Made by a program: the position numbers and the translations under genes. This document shows, piece after piece, positions 18,251 through 26,766 of a DNA stretch of 40,239 bases; the first letter of the stretch is position 1; each line of letters starts with the position of its first letter. Origin of the DNA: Bacteroidia bacterium. Its GTDB lineage: Bacteria > Bacteroidota > Bacteroidia > UKL13-3. The stretch spans positions 1 to 40,239 of the forward strand of contig JBIINH010000003.1 in the NCBI GenBank assembly GCA_044337585.1, given 5' to 3'. The notes under the pieces are model-generated. The model was not told the origin of the DNA and made no database searches. It saw only the letters and a program-made list of their open reading frames with translations.

Positions 18251-18568
18251 TTATTTTGCAGCAGCTTTAGCAGCTTTAGTTTTAACAGTATCGCTACGTT
18301 TAACTTTATCTACAAACGTTTTAGCAGGTTTAAAACTTGGAATGTAATGTTCATCAATCACCATAGCGGTGTTTTTTGAAATATTACGTGCAATTTTCTT
18401 TGCTCTCTTTTTAATTACAAAGCTTCCGAAACCTCGGAAGTATACATTTTTGCCATCTACCATAGAGTTGCGCACTACTTTAAAGAAAGACTCTACTGCC
18501 TCCTGTACTTGCATCTTATCAATGCCCGTTTTGTTTGAAATCTCTGCGATTACTTCTGCTTTTGTCAT
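18251..18568 (-). CDS. hup: HU-family DNA-binding protein with a Lys/Ala-rich C-terminal tail
   Basis: MTKAEVIAEISNKTG...FRGFGSFVIKKRAKKIARN...PSFKPAK is the HU/IHF fold signature, followed by a roughly 15-aa tail ending TVKTKAAKAAAK. Confidence 0.92.
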   Translation of the reverse strand: MTKAEVIAEISNKTGIDKMQVQEAVESFFKVVRNSMVDGKNVYFRGFGSFVIKKRAKKIARNISKNTAMVIDEHYIPSFKPAKTFVDKVKRSDTVKTKAAKAAAK

Positions 18569-18768
18569 TTTCTGTACTTTTTTAAATTGTTATTAATTAA
18601 TTATCAATCAAATATTATCCTTTACTGATTTTTAAATAAGGGTTGCAAATGTATATAAACAGATTAGAAAATTCATAACTGCCTGATAATTTTTATTTAG
18701 GACACTATTTTCTTATCAAATTCTACATTTTTTAATCCTTGTTAGGTTCATTGTCTTTTCTTTGCTGC

Positions 18769-19812
18769 ATGTGGCTCGAACTGACAAAGTGGTATGAAAT
18801 AAATAAACGTGATTTACCTTGGAGACATACCAATGATCCATATTTAATATGGTTATCGGAGATCATTTTGCAGCAAACAAGGGTTGAGCAGGGATTGCCC
18901 TACTATTTAAAATTTGTGAATACTTTCCCTACAGTTAAGAAACTCGCAAAATCATCTGAGGGAGAGGTGATGAAATTGTGGCAAGGATTGGGATATTATA
19001 GTAGAGCCATTAATATGCATCGAACTGCTAAATTCATTTGTGATGAATTAAATGGCTTATTCCCAAGTACATATGACACACTGATTTCGTTAAAAGGTAT
19101 CGGTCCCTACACCGCATCAGCTGTGGCATCTTTTGCATTTAATGAAGCCAAAGCTGTTTTAGATGGAAATGTTTTTAGGGTATTGTCTCGCGTGTTTGGT
19201 GTATCCACTCCTATTAATAGCGTAGAAGGCAAGAAAATATTTAATCAATTAGCTAATGAAGCACTAAACAAAAAAAATCCAGCTAAACATAATCAAGCCA
19301 TAATGGAACTAGGCGCATTAGTATGTAAACCAAGGTTGCCACTTTGTAATGAATGTCCACTAATGAGTAGATGTGAGGCATTCAATTCAAATATACAAGA
19401 TAAATTACCAGTCAAAATTGCAAAAAGAAAACCCATTACACGCTATATCAACTATCTATTTATTATAGACTCGGGATATACTTATGTGAAAAAGAGAGAC
19501 AAAACAAGCATTTGGAAAAACTTGTATGAACCAATTGTCCTTTCATCGAATGAACAAATTACTTATGGTGAGGTGATGGAAAAAATCACAAAACATCTAA
19601 ATCCTGGAAAAAAGAAACCTTCAAATATTTTTGAAACCAAGCATCAGTTAACTCACCAAACTATTTACGCTAGTTTTTGGGTGGCTGAAAACACACATGA
19701 AGTTAGGGTTAGTCAAGACATTGAAAAGATAAAATTAGACGACTTACACCTATTGCCAATACACCGACTTTTTGATAAATTCCTACAATTTTATACCTTG
19801 CAACTAAAATAA
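18769..19812 (+). CDS. mutY: A/G-specific adenine DNA glycosylase MutY
   Basis: WYEINKRDLPWR, EIILQQTRV, GLGYYSRA, HhH-GPD (LKGIGPYTA..V.DGNV), a 4Fe-4S cluster (C..C..C..C: CKPRLPLCNECPLMSRC) and a NUDIX-like C-domain. First ATG at 18769. Confidence 0.9.
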   Translation: MWLELTKWYEINKRDLPWRHTNDPYLIWLSEIILQQTRVEQGLPYYLKFVNTFPTVKKLAKSSEGEVMKLWQGLGYYSRAINMHRTAKFICDELNGLFPSTYDTLISLKGIGPYTASAVASFAFNEAKAVLDGNVFRVLSRVFGVSTPINSVEGKKIFNQLANEALNKKNPAKHNQAIMELGALVCKPRLPLCNECPLMSRCEAFNSNIQDKLPVKIAKRKPITRYINYLFIIDSGYTYVKKRDKTSIWKNLYEPIVLSSNEQITYGEVMEKITKHLNPGKKKPSNIFETKHQLTHQTIYASFWVAENTHEVRVSQDIEKIKLDDLHLLPIHRLFDKFLQFYTLQLK

Positions 19813-19821
19813 TACCTTGAT

Positions 19822-20241
19822 ATGTCTTTAAATAAAGTAATGCTTATAGGAAATGTAGGAAAAGACCCTGAAATAAGGTACCTCGAAAAAGATAAATTGG
19901 TGTGTAATTTTTCAATTGCTACAACAGAAAACTATACTGATAAAAACACGGGTGAAAAAAAATCAGAAACTGAATGGCACCGACTGGAGATGTGGGATAA
20001 CTTGGCTAAAATAGCTGAAAAGTACATAAAAAAAGGCAACCAAATATACGTAGAGGGCAAGTTGAGAACAGAAAACTGGAAGGATAAAGACGGAATCGAA
20101 AAATCGGGAGTAAAAATTCGGGTAACTTCACTAACACTACTTGGTGGGCGAAGTGGAGAAAATAAATCACCTGATGAATCAAACGGAAAACCCGTTGATG
20201 CACCTAATCAATCTCAATCTGATGATGATTTGCCATTTTAA
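19822..20241 (+). CDS. ssb: Single-stranded DNA-binding protein
   Basis: MSLNKVMLIGNVGKDPEIR, the OB fold, TEWHRLEMW and an acidic tail DDDLPF. Confidence 0.95.
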   Translation: MSLNKVMLIGNVGKDPEIRYLEKDKLVCNFSIATTENYTDKNTGEKKSETEWHRLEMWDNLAKIAEKYIKKGNQIYVEGKLRTENWKDKDGIEKSGVKIRVTSLTLLGGRSGENKSPDESNGKPVDAPNQSQSDDDLPF

Positions 20242-20261
20242 AAACCCTTAATATTTTATAA

Positions 20262-21614
20262 TTGGACAGTAGTAGTATTTCCTCAGAACCTCCGCAACGG
20301 CTTTTTGCTGAAACATCCTTGTTATTAGATGTAGACCTATCCGGTTGGATAGCTTTTTTTATCTGCCTACTTATTTTAATTCTGTTTATTTTACTTTCAG
20401 GAATGTTTTCGGCATCTGAAAACGCTTTTTTCTCATTAACCACATCTGATATTGACGAGCTAAATGAAGAAGATAACGCAAATGTTGCCTACGTTAATAA
20501 ATTGCTTCAACATCCCAAACACCTTCTTGGCACAGTACTCATTGCGAATACATTTGTCAATATCTGTATTGTAATGATTTCTACTTACATGCTGTCACTG
20601 GTATTTAACTTTGAGTCCTACAAACTTTTTGGATTCTTAATTGAAGTTGTATTTATAACATTTATTATCGTACTGTTTGGTGAGGTTATTCCCAAAATCT
20701 ATGCCGTTCAAAATAACAAAAAGCTTACATTAATGCTTTCTCGACCAATGTATTATACTTGGCAAATTTTAAATCCATTTATATATATTCTAGTAAGATC
20801 GACTTCAATAATTGATAAACGTGTAACCAAAAAAGGCCATATTTTAAGCATGGATGAATTAAGCCATGCCATTGATATCACGGCAGAATCAGACACGCCC
20901 AAAGAGGAAAAAACAATTTTAAAATCTATCATTAATTTTGGCAATACCGATGTAAAGTCAATCATGAAACAAAGGCCTGATATCTCTGCCTTAGATAACA
21001 AAACACCCTTTAGAGAAGTGTTGGCAAAAATCAATGCGCTTGGATACTCTCGTGTGCCAGTTTATAAAAGCAACCTCGATAATGTTGTTGGGATACTTTA
21101 CATCAAAGATTTGCTTCCGCATATAAATAAGGACAATGATTTCAACTGGATTACCCTAGTTAAAAAACCATATTTTGTTCCAGAAAGTAAAATGATTGAT
21201 GACTTGCTTAAAGACTTTCAAAATAAAAGGGTTCATATGGCATTGGTGGTTGATGAATTTGGAGGTGTAAGTGGGATTATTACTATGGAAGATATTTTGG
21301 AAGAAATATTTGGTGAGATTAATGATGAATTTGACGAAGACGAAGTATTTTACTCAAAACTTAATGACAATACTTTTGTGTTTGAAGCAAAAATTTTGAT
21401 CAATGATATGTGCCGATATATGGAAATTGAACAATCAGAATTTGATGAAATAAGAAACGAATCGGATACACTTGGTGGATTGCTATTGGAGATTAATGGT
21501 GAAATACCAATAAAAGGCGCCACCATTGTTTTTAATAGATTCGAATTTATTGTTGAATCTGTAGATAAAAGAAGAATTAAAAGGGTTAAGGTAATTAGAA
21601 AAACAGATGAGTAG
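20262..21614 (+). CDS. gldE: Gliding motility-associated protein GldE (DUF21-CBS-CorC/HlyC)
   Basis: TM DUF21 region (SASENAFFSL), a CBS pair (IMKQRPDI..., GYSRVPVY) and a CorC_HlyC C-domain. It lies immediately upstream of, and overlaps, a GldD-like lipoprotein gene. mutY-ssb upstream matches the gldE-gldD locus I recall from Flavobacterium. Confidence 0.85.
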   Translation: MDSSSISSEPPQRLFAETSLLLDVDLSGWIAFFICLLILILFILLSGMFSASENAFFSLTTSDIDELNEEDNANVAYVNKLLQHPKHLLGTVLIANTFVNICIVMISTYMLSLVFNFESYKLFGFLIEVVFITFIIVLFGEVIPKIYAVQNNKKLTLMLSRPMYYTWQILNPFIYILVRSTSIIDKRVTKKGHILSMDELSHAIDITAESDTPKEEKTILKSIINFGNTDVKSIMKQRPDISALDNKTPFREVLAKINALGYSRVPVYKSNLDNVVGILYIKDLLPHINKDNDFNWITLVKKPYFVPESKMIDDLLKDFQNKRVHMALVVDEFGGVSGIITMEDILEEIFGEINDEFDEDEVFYSKLNDNTFVFEAKILINDMCRYMEIEQSEFDEIRNESDTLGGLLLEINGEIPIKGATIVFNRFEFIVESVDKRRIKRVKVIRKTDE

Positions 21615-22188
21615 CAAAAATTACTTAGCTAAGTTCTTTATTTTTTCATTAGCATACATCTTTATCAGCTGTAATGATGACTATGTTCCAAAACCGAGGG
21701 GATTTCAAAGACTTGATTTGCCAAAACATACATACAAAAATGTAACTTCAGCATGTGGATTTAGTTTCGATATTCCTGTGTACTCCGAATTAGTGCCCGA
21801 CACGCACCCACAGGCTGAAAAATGTTGGTACAACCTATACTACATTCCGTTTAATGCAACACTACACTTAAGCTATAAGCCTGTTGCCAATAGAGATGCG
21901 CTTATACAAATGACAGAAGACGCACGTACAATGGTTTATAAACATACAATCAAAGCAGACGAGATATACGAAAGCAGTATCGGTAAAAATAATTTTAGGG
22001 GAATGATGTATGAGTTGAGTGGCAGCACTGCAACAAACTTTCAGTTTTATATTACAGATACTTCTAAACATTTTATATTGGGTTCCCTTTATTTTAATGA
22101 CCGAACAAATAGTGATTCAATTGCTCCTGCACTCGAACATTTAAAAAAGGATATCCTTTACATGCTGAACTCATTGCAATGGAAGTAA
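21607..22188 (+). CDS. gldD: Gliding motility lipoprotein GldD
   Basis: Lipoprotein signal (LAYIFISCN) followed by YVPKPRGFQRLDLP, which resembles the GldD N-terminus. 193 aa. 8-nt overlap with gldE. Confidence 0.78.
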   Translation: MSSKNYLAKFFIFSLAYIFISCNDDYVPKPRGFQRLDLPKHTYKNVTSACGFSFDIPVYSELVPDTHPQAEKCWYNLYYIPFNATLHLSYKPVANRDALIQMTEDARTMVYKHTIKADEIYESSIGKNNFRGMMYELSGSTATNFQFYITDTSKHFILGSLYFNDRTNSDSIAPALEHLKKDILYMLNSLQWK

Positions 22189-22305
22189 TGTTTACAGATC
22201 TATACATTGATTTACCTCGCTTGTAGGATACCCATATGACAAAATTCTTTAAAAGTGCATTGTTGAATATACTCGAAATAAGTACACAAAAGAACAATTA
22301 ACTTA

Positions 22306-22833
22306 TTACTTCATGTCCTTTAGGTAACGCTCCTCAATAATGTTCATATGATGTATTTCATGACCAAGTGTGGCAAATAATAGTGCACGCACTGTCACAA
22401 ATTTGCCGTTAGCTAAACCTGTAAGATCGAGCTCATTATTCGAAAATGATTTAAACAACTCAATACTTGATGCCCGTAACACAGAAAATTCTCTGGCCAA
22501 ATCATTCATATTTCTTCGTGTTGCGTGGCTATTGGTGGCATAAGTATTTTCATCAAATCCTGGTAAAGATTGTTTTTCTCCTCTAGCAATACAGAGTGCG
22601 CGGTATGCAAATATTCGTTCGCAATCAATCAAGTGTTGTATAATTTCTTTTATGTTCCATTTGTCTTTTTCGTAGCGATAATGCTGTGTTTCTTCATCAA
22701 CTGATGTAATTAGATCTATTGTTTCATAATGCTTTATTAACATCAGCTCCATGATATTTCCTTCAGGAATGAGTTTAATGTAATTATTCAAATAATCAGG
22801 GAATGTGCCTTGCATTGGTTTTAAAATTTCCAT
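22306..22833 (-). CDS. DinB-family (DinB_2) metal-dependent protein
   Basis: Four-helix DinB pattern with His triad candidates (IQHLIDCERIF, LGHEIHHMNII). Confidence 0.85.
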   Translation of the reverse strand: MEILKPMQGTFPDYLNNYIKLIPEGNIMELMLIKHYETIDLITSVDEETQHYRYEKDKWNIKEIIQHLIDCERIFAYRALCIARGEKQSLPGFDENTYATNSHATRRNMNDLAREFSVLRASSIELFKSFSNNELDLTGLANGKFVTVRALLFATLGHEIHHMNIIEERYLKDMK

Positions 22834-22837
22834 TTTC

Positions 22838-23278
22838 TTATGTATTTATATAAAGTTTTGCTACATGTTTATCTATGGGAAATGTTAGCATATCTAAATT
22901 TAATTCAGCTTTTGATACCCATTTAAAATTGAGGTATTCTTCTCTACCATTGATATTAATTACACGTTCTGAAATATCAAGCTTTCCTAAGTCTGTGTGA
23001 CTTTTTACCAAATAGTAAATAGAAATAATTTGGTCGCCTGGTTTAAAATAACTTTGCTGAAAGAAATCAGTTGTGTAAAAATGGGATAATGGAATGATAT
23101 CTAGGTACGTTTCTTCCTTAAATTCTCTAACCAAACAATCTATAACACCTTCTCCAAGTTCCAATCCACCTCCTGGAAATTTAGTAAACGAAAAATCACC
23201 AACTTTCTCATTTACCAAAAGCAATTGATTGTTGTATTCAAGTAATCCATAAACCCTGATATTAAAATTGGTTACCAT
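22838..23278 (-). CDS. NUDIX hydrolase
   Basis: NUDIX box GGGLELGEGVIDCLVREFKEETYL. Confidence 0.9.
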   Translation of the reverse strand: MVTNFNIRVYGLLEYNNQLLLVNEKVGDFSFTKFPGGGLELGEGVIDCLVREFKEETYLDIIPLSHFYTTDFFQQSYFKPGDQIISIYYLVKSHTDLGKLDISERVININGREEYLNFKWVSKAELNLDMLTFPIDKHVAKLYINT

Positions 23279-24048
23279 TATTTTAGTGAGAATAACATAC
23301 CCATGTTTAGTTGTAAGAAAATAGGATTTGATTTTAATGGGGCTGTAGTTACAGAAATAGGGCTTATTCCGAGCACTGGTTGAATGTAATAGATCTGTTT
23401 ATCGGCTCCTTTTATATCAAGTTTGTATCCAAACAATAAATTAAATCCAAATCCTTTAGCAGAGTATCCAGTTGAGTCAAATTTAAACACATCTTCTCCA
23501 TCAACAACAAACTCATCTAATTTTGCTTTGATATCATGGTTGAGAAGAATATTTACAGAAAAACCAGCAGAAATTCGATGAGTAAACTTAAGATCACGTG
23601 TTTGTGATACAATATAATTTACCAATAAAGGAATTTGTAAATATTGAAATCGGTATGAATACGTAATGCTTTTTGTTGATCCAGATAATTCTTCTATCCT
23701 CCCTGTACCCATTCCTGGGTAAGTACTATCTTTAAAATTAATGCTACTTTGTTTACGGTCAAATCCAATATCAAGATAAGTTAGGCCGGTTTGGATACTC
23801 CATTTTTTGTTAAGTGCATAATGTAATTGAGCTGACAGGCCTAAAGTGAATCTTCCATCTTGATAAGCGTTGATGCTATCACTATATGATGAATAAGAAT
23901 AGGGTTTACCAGGTACATTAACATTATCAGTAGATGAATTAATTGCTGAGCTGTAAATGAGATGGGCACCCACTCCGAATTGCATTTTTTCTTGGGATTG
24001 TGCACACACAATAAAAGGTAAAATAAGCAGTGAAAATAAATATTTCAT
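23278..24048 (-). CDS. Outer-membrane beta-barrel (porin-family) protein
   Basis: Signal peptide (LLILPFIVCAQ), alternating beta pattern and C-terminal LNMGMLFSLK. The start abuts the upstream barrel gene, and the stop overlaps the NUDIX start by 1 nt. Confidence 0.6.
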   Translation of the reverse strand: MKYLFSLLILPFIVCAQSQEKMQFGVGAHLIYSSAINSSTDNVNVPGKPYSYSSYSDSINAYQDGRFTLGLSAQLHYALNKKWSIQTGLTYLDIGFDRKQSSINFKDSTYPGMGTGRIEELSGSTKSITYSYRFQYLQIPLLVNYIVSQTRDLKFTHRISAGFSVNILLNHDIKAKLDEFVVDGEDVFKFDSTGYSAKGFGFNLLFGYKLDIKGADKQIYYIQPVLGISPISVTTAPLKSNPIFLQLNMGMLFSLK

Positions 24049-24064
24049 TGCGCAAATAAACAGA

Positions 24065-25132
24065 TTAATTCTGTCTATTGATTCCCAATTTTACTGAAAT
24101 TACATTTGAATATGGTAGAGAAGAATTACTCCCTGCATTTGCTAAAGCATAATCTACTGAGAAGTTGTTAATTTTTATACCTGCCCCTACACTTGGCATC
24201 ATGGTGTAAGCCGTTTCCCCTGAAATACTTGTCTGTTGCTGAATATTCATTGTGCCACCACGTAGAAATACCATTTCCCTATATCCCAATTCTAAACCTA
24301 TACGTGGATCAAGATTAACTACCGAACTTTTTACCAGTACATTCCGTTTTCCATCAAAGGTTAAGTCAGCGTTTAACTCAGGCAATACGGAGAATTTATC
24401 ATTAAAAAATACCCATTTCCTAGCTATACCTAATTGTATTCTTGGGGCAGTAAGTTCTAAAGAGTTTTCAGGAAGTTTATTGTTGGTTTGTAATAGTACT
24501 TGCTTATCTGATTCAGAAAAAGTGAAGCTCCAAACATTGAATGTAGTAGTTACATCCCTAAGCATTGCACCCATTTTCCATTTATTAATTTCATACTGCG
24601 CGCCAATATCAAAACCAAAGCCCCATGCATTTGCAAAATCTCCAACAACCCGCCTTATAATTTTTGCATTTGCACCAAACTTTAGATTCTTTATGCCTAG
24701 GTTTCGTGCATAGGAGCCAATAAAGGCATAGTCAATTGCTGAAAAGCTTTGAACACGTGAATAATCAATTTGCCCATTTTGAAATAAATTTAGGGTATTG
24801 GGAATATCATCAACCCCTACCCTTATTAATGACACAGCAAGTGCACTTTTATCATCAAATTTAAAAGCGATTGTTCCATAATCATGCTTCACAATACCTG
24901 CAAATTGTTCGTTGTGCATCAACGCTACCTGTATATTATTGCTAATACTTAGCAATCCAGCGGGATTCCAGTATGCTGCAGTTGCGTCATCTGTTGTTGC
25001 TAAAACGGCATTACCCATACCAGCAGCACGTGCACCAACACCTATAGACAGAAATTCATTACTATATTTTAAAAACTGTGCATTTACAGTTCCTGAAATA
25101 CATAATAGCATTATAAGCTTTAATAGCTTCAT
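24065..25132 (-). CDS. PorV/PorQ-family outer-membrane protein (PorV2-like)
   Basis: Signal peptide (LLCISGTVNAQ) followed by NEFLSIGVGARAAGMGNAVLATTDDATAAYWNPAGL. This is the same N-terminal pattern as the porQ product at 346-1410 (FL...AR.AA.G......D...A..NPA.L). Confidence 0.7.
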   Translation of the reverse strand: MKLLKLIMLLCISGTVNAQFLKYSNEFLSIGVGARAAGMGNAVLATTDDATAAYWNPAGLLSISNNIQVALMHNEQFAGIVKHDYGTIAFKFDDKSALAVSLIRVGVDDIPNTLNLFQNGQIDYSRVQSFSAIDYAFIGSYARNLGIKNLKFGANAKIIRRVVGDFANAWGFGFDIGAQYEINKWKMGAMLRDVTTTFNVWSFTFSESDKQVLLQTNNKLPENSLELTAPRIQLGIARKWVFFNDKFSVLPELNADLTFDGKRNVLVKSSVVNLDPRIGLELGYREMVFLRGGTMNIQQQTSISGETAYTMMPSVGAGIKINNFSVDYALANAGSNSSLPYSNVISVKLGINRQN

Positions 25133-25786
25133 CTAGAATATTTTTTTTATCGATTTAAGTAGTTCTTCTCCATCGGCAAAATAGGTAAATTCCAATTCTG
25201 TCAAAATGTTTTCAAGTTCAAAAGCATCAATTTGACTTAGTTCTGGCAATCCTACCCTAGCCATAATTTTATTTAACGAGAAAATAAACTTATTATTATC
25301 TGTATAATAACGAATATACTGAACCTCTCTGAAGTGGTTGATTCTGCTGATATATGTATCTATTTGGTTTCCATTATTTATTTCAAGGAAGGCCCTGAGT
25401 TCATTTTCATCTACAGCATTTAACTCATCATAAAAATTGTTGGTCAACTCTGGAAATGTTTTAACCATAGCCCTATCCAACATTAACTCGAAGCATATAT
25501 GGGCGATAAACCATTTACGTTGAAATGCATTTGTGAACTTTTTATTTATGAATGCCTGATTAAATATATGGGTGTGTTCTTCAAAAAAATTACTTGTATG
25601 AAATGCCTTATCAGATAGTAAGTGCCGATAACAGCCTTCACTTATTTCTTGAACTATATTATTATGTGCATTTAAGTTCTTGAAATTGGCAAGAGCTCCT
25701 TTAAACATGTCAGGCAGGATGAGGCCAACATTAAAGTGTTTATAATTCTTTTTATGATCTATAATATAATGAAGAAGGTAATTCAA
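25133..25786 (-). CDS. Possible acyl carrier protein phosphodiesterase (AcpH)-like protein
   Basis: MNYLLHYII...LPDMFKG...CYRHLLSDKAFH loosely follows the AcpH pattern MNFLAHL...DF.KG...H...D..FH. TTG start. Weak assignment from memory. Confidence 0.4.
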   Translation of the reverse strand: MNYLLHYIIDHKKNYKHFNVGLILPDMFKGALANFKNLNAHNNIVQEISEGCYRHLLSDKAFHTSNFFEEHTHIFNQAFINKKFTNAFQRKWFIAHICFELMLDRAMVKTFPELTNNFYDELNAVDENELRAFLEINNGNQIDTYISRINHFREVQYIRYYTDNNKFIFSLNKIMARVGLPELSQIDAFELENILTELEFTYFADGEELLKSIKKIF

Positions 25787-25804
25787 TTGTTAGTTAGCTA
25801 TTAT

Positions 25805-25969
25805 TTATCTTCTTTTCTTCACCAATCCGTTTTTGTTATACTTCGCTTTATAATCTTTTCCTGGGTTATCAAATTTTGCACAATCCTTTTTTGATTTACA
25901 CGCTGGCAAAAGTGCAATTATCAAAAATGTATATAATAAGATGCAAATAAATGGTTTTAATTTCTTCAT
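25805..25969 (-). CDS. 54-aa putative lipoprotein (not in the ORF track)
   Basis: Hand-translated: MKKLKPFICILLYTFLIIALLPACKSKKDCAKFDNPGKDYKAKYNKNGLVKKRR. It has a signal peptide with a lipobox LLPAC. It ends 18 nt before the next co-directional gene. TATTTTTG (a TAnnTTTG box) lies 11 nt upstream of the ATG. Confidence 0.45.
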   Translation of the reverse strand: MKKLKPFICILLYTFLIIALLPACKSKKDCAKFDNPGKDYKAKYNKNGLVKKRR

Positions 25970-25982
25970 GATTAAAGATCCA

Positions 25983-26021
25983 AAAATAAAAAAAGTCTCA
26001 TAACTATGTTACGAGACTTTT
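25983..26021 (-). terminator. Rho-independent terminator of the H1-like gene
   Basis: AAAAGTCTC (25991-25999) pairs with GAGACTTTT (26013-26021). On the minus strand the stem is followed by TTTTTTATTTTT. Confidence 0.7.
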
Positions 26022-26047
26022 GGTTTGAAAGAGTACTTAACCTAAAA

Positions 26048-26275
26048 TTATTTCTTTTTAGGAGCAGCCTTCTTAGCAGCAGCTTTCTTAGGAGCAGCTT
26101 TCTTAGCAGCAGCTTTCTTAGGAGCAGCTTTCTTAGCAGCAGCCTTCTTAGGAGCAGCTTTCTTAGCAGCAGCCTTCTTAGGAGCAGCTTTTTTTGCAGC
26201 AGCTTTTTTAGGAGCAGCTTTCTTAGCAGCCGATTTTGTTGGAGCTGCTTTTTTGGTTGTTTTTTTAGTTGCCAT
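26048..26275 (-). CDS. Histone H1-like Lys/Ala/Pro repeat nucleoid protein
   Basis: The 75-aa product uses only M, A, T, K, P and S: MATKKTTKKAAPTKSAAKKAAP followed by repeated (KKAAAKKAAP). It has its own promoter and terminator. The composition is typical of bacterial H1/Hc1/AlgP-like proteins. Confidence 0.8.
   Translation of the reverse strand: MATKKTTKKAAPTKSAAKKAAPKKAAAKKAAPKKAAAKKAAPKKAAAKKAAPKKAAAKKAAPKKAAAKKAAPKKK
26060..26230. repeat. About 5.7 tandem copies of a 30-bp unit (coding repeat)
   Basis: The unit AGGAGCAGCTTTCTTAGCAGCAGCTTTCTT repeats head to tail, with only C/T or A/T wobble differences between copies. It encodes the decapeptide KKAAPKKAAA on the minus strand. Confidence 0.9.
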
Positions 26276-26304
26276 GTTTTTATTTATTTGATTGATTACG
26301 AAAA

Positions 26305-26334
26305 CAAAGTTATACTGTTAAGGATAAAATTCAA
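26305..26334 (-). promoter_or_regulatory. Bacteroidota sigma-A-type promoter of the H1-like gene
   Basis: The minus strand reads TTG-N19-TAACTTTG, matching TTG / TAnnTTTG (-33/-7) at consensus spacing. The -7 box ends 29 nt before the ATG. Confidence 0.6.
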
Positions 26335-26766
26335 GTACTTCCTCAAAATCAATTCAAAATATTTCCATCATGTTTCTGTTGATAACTACACCAACCTATC
26401 TCTAAGCATTGATAAAACTATATGTTCAGCCTAATCACTATCAACATTTTTTTTTCATTCTATCTATAAAATAATTTCATAACTGATGTAAATCATGTAA
26501 TTAAGTGATCGTCAAAATGTATTTTTTATACGCGTTCGAAATAATATCGACATGCTGAACATATTGATTTTACTAATATCTCCACTGTTTCACTATCTAA
26601 TAAATTAAAGATTGAAAAATACACTAACCACTTTCATCAAATATTTTAGTCGCAAAAATTTAAATCGTTTATCAGAAAATCTAAGTATATTTTTTTATAC
26701 ACCAGCTCTTAAAAATCTTTTTAAATGTTTAATATGTTTAACCAAATGAAGGTGTAATTTTGAATC

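Noticed and set aside
24252-24713. 153-aa plus-strand ORF inside the PorV-like gene
   Set aside because: It is a shadow ORF opposite a gene that has a signal peptide and a family signature. It has no start context or family resemblance.
26060-26230. The 30-bp periodic repeats as a CRISPR array or non-coding satellite
   Set aside because: The units are directly adjacent with no spacers and lie entirely inside an ORF with a consistent Lys/Ala/Pro reading frame. This is a coding tandem repeat.
26006-26434. 142-aa plus-strand ORF with SSFLRSSFLSS repeats
   Set aside because: It is the antisense shadow of the H1-like repeat gene. The minus-strand frame has a proper promoter, ATG and terminator, whereas the plus-strand ORF runs straight through that promoter and terminator.
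26534-26540. GTTCGAA, a tRNA T-loop-like heptamer, in the AT-rich spacer
   Set aside because: There are no flanking 5-bp T-stem complements, no acceptor stem and no anticodon arm, so this is not a tRNA.
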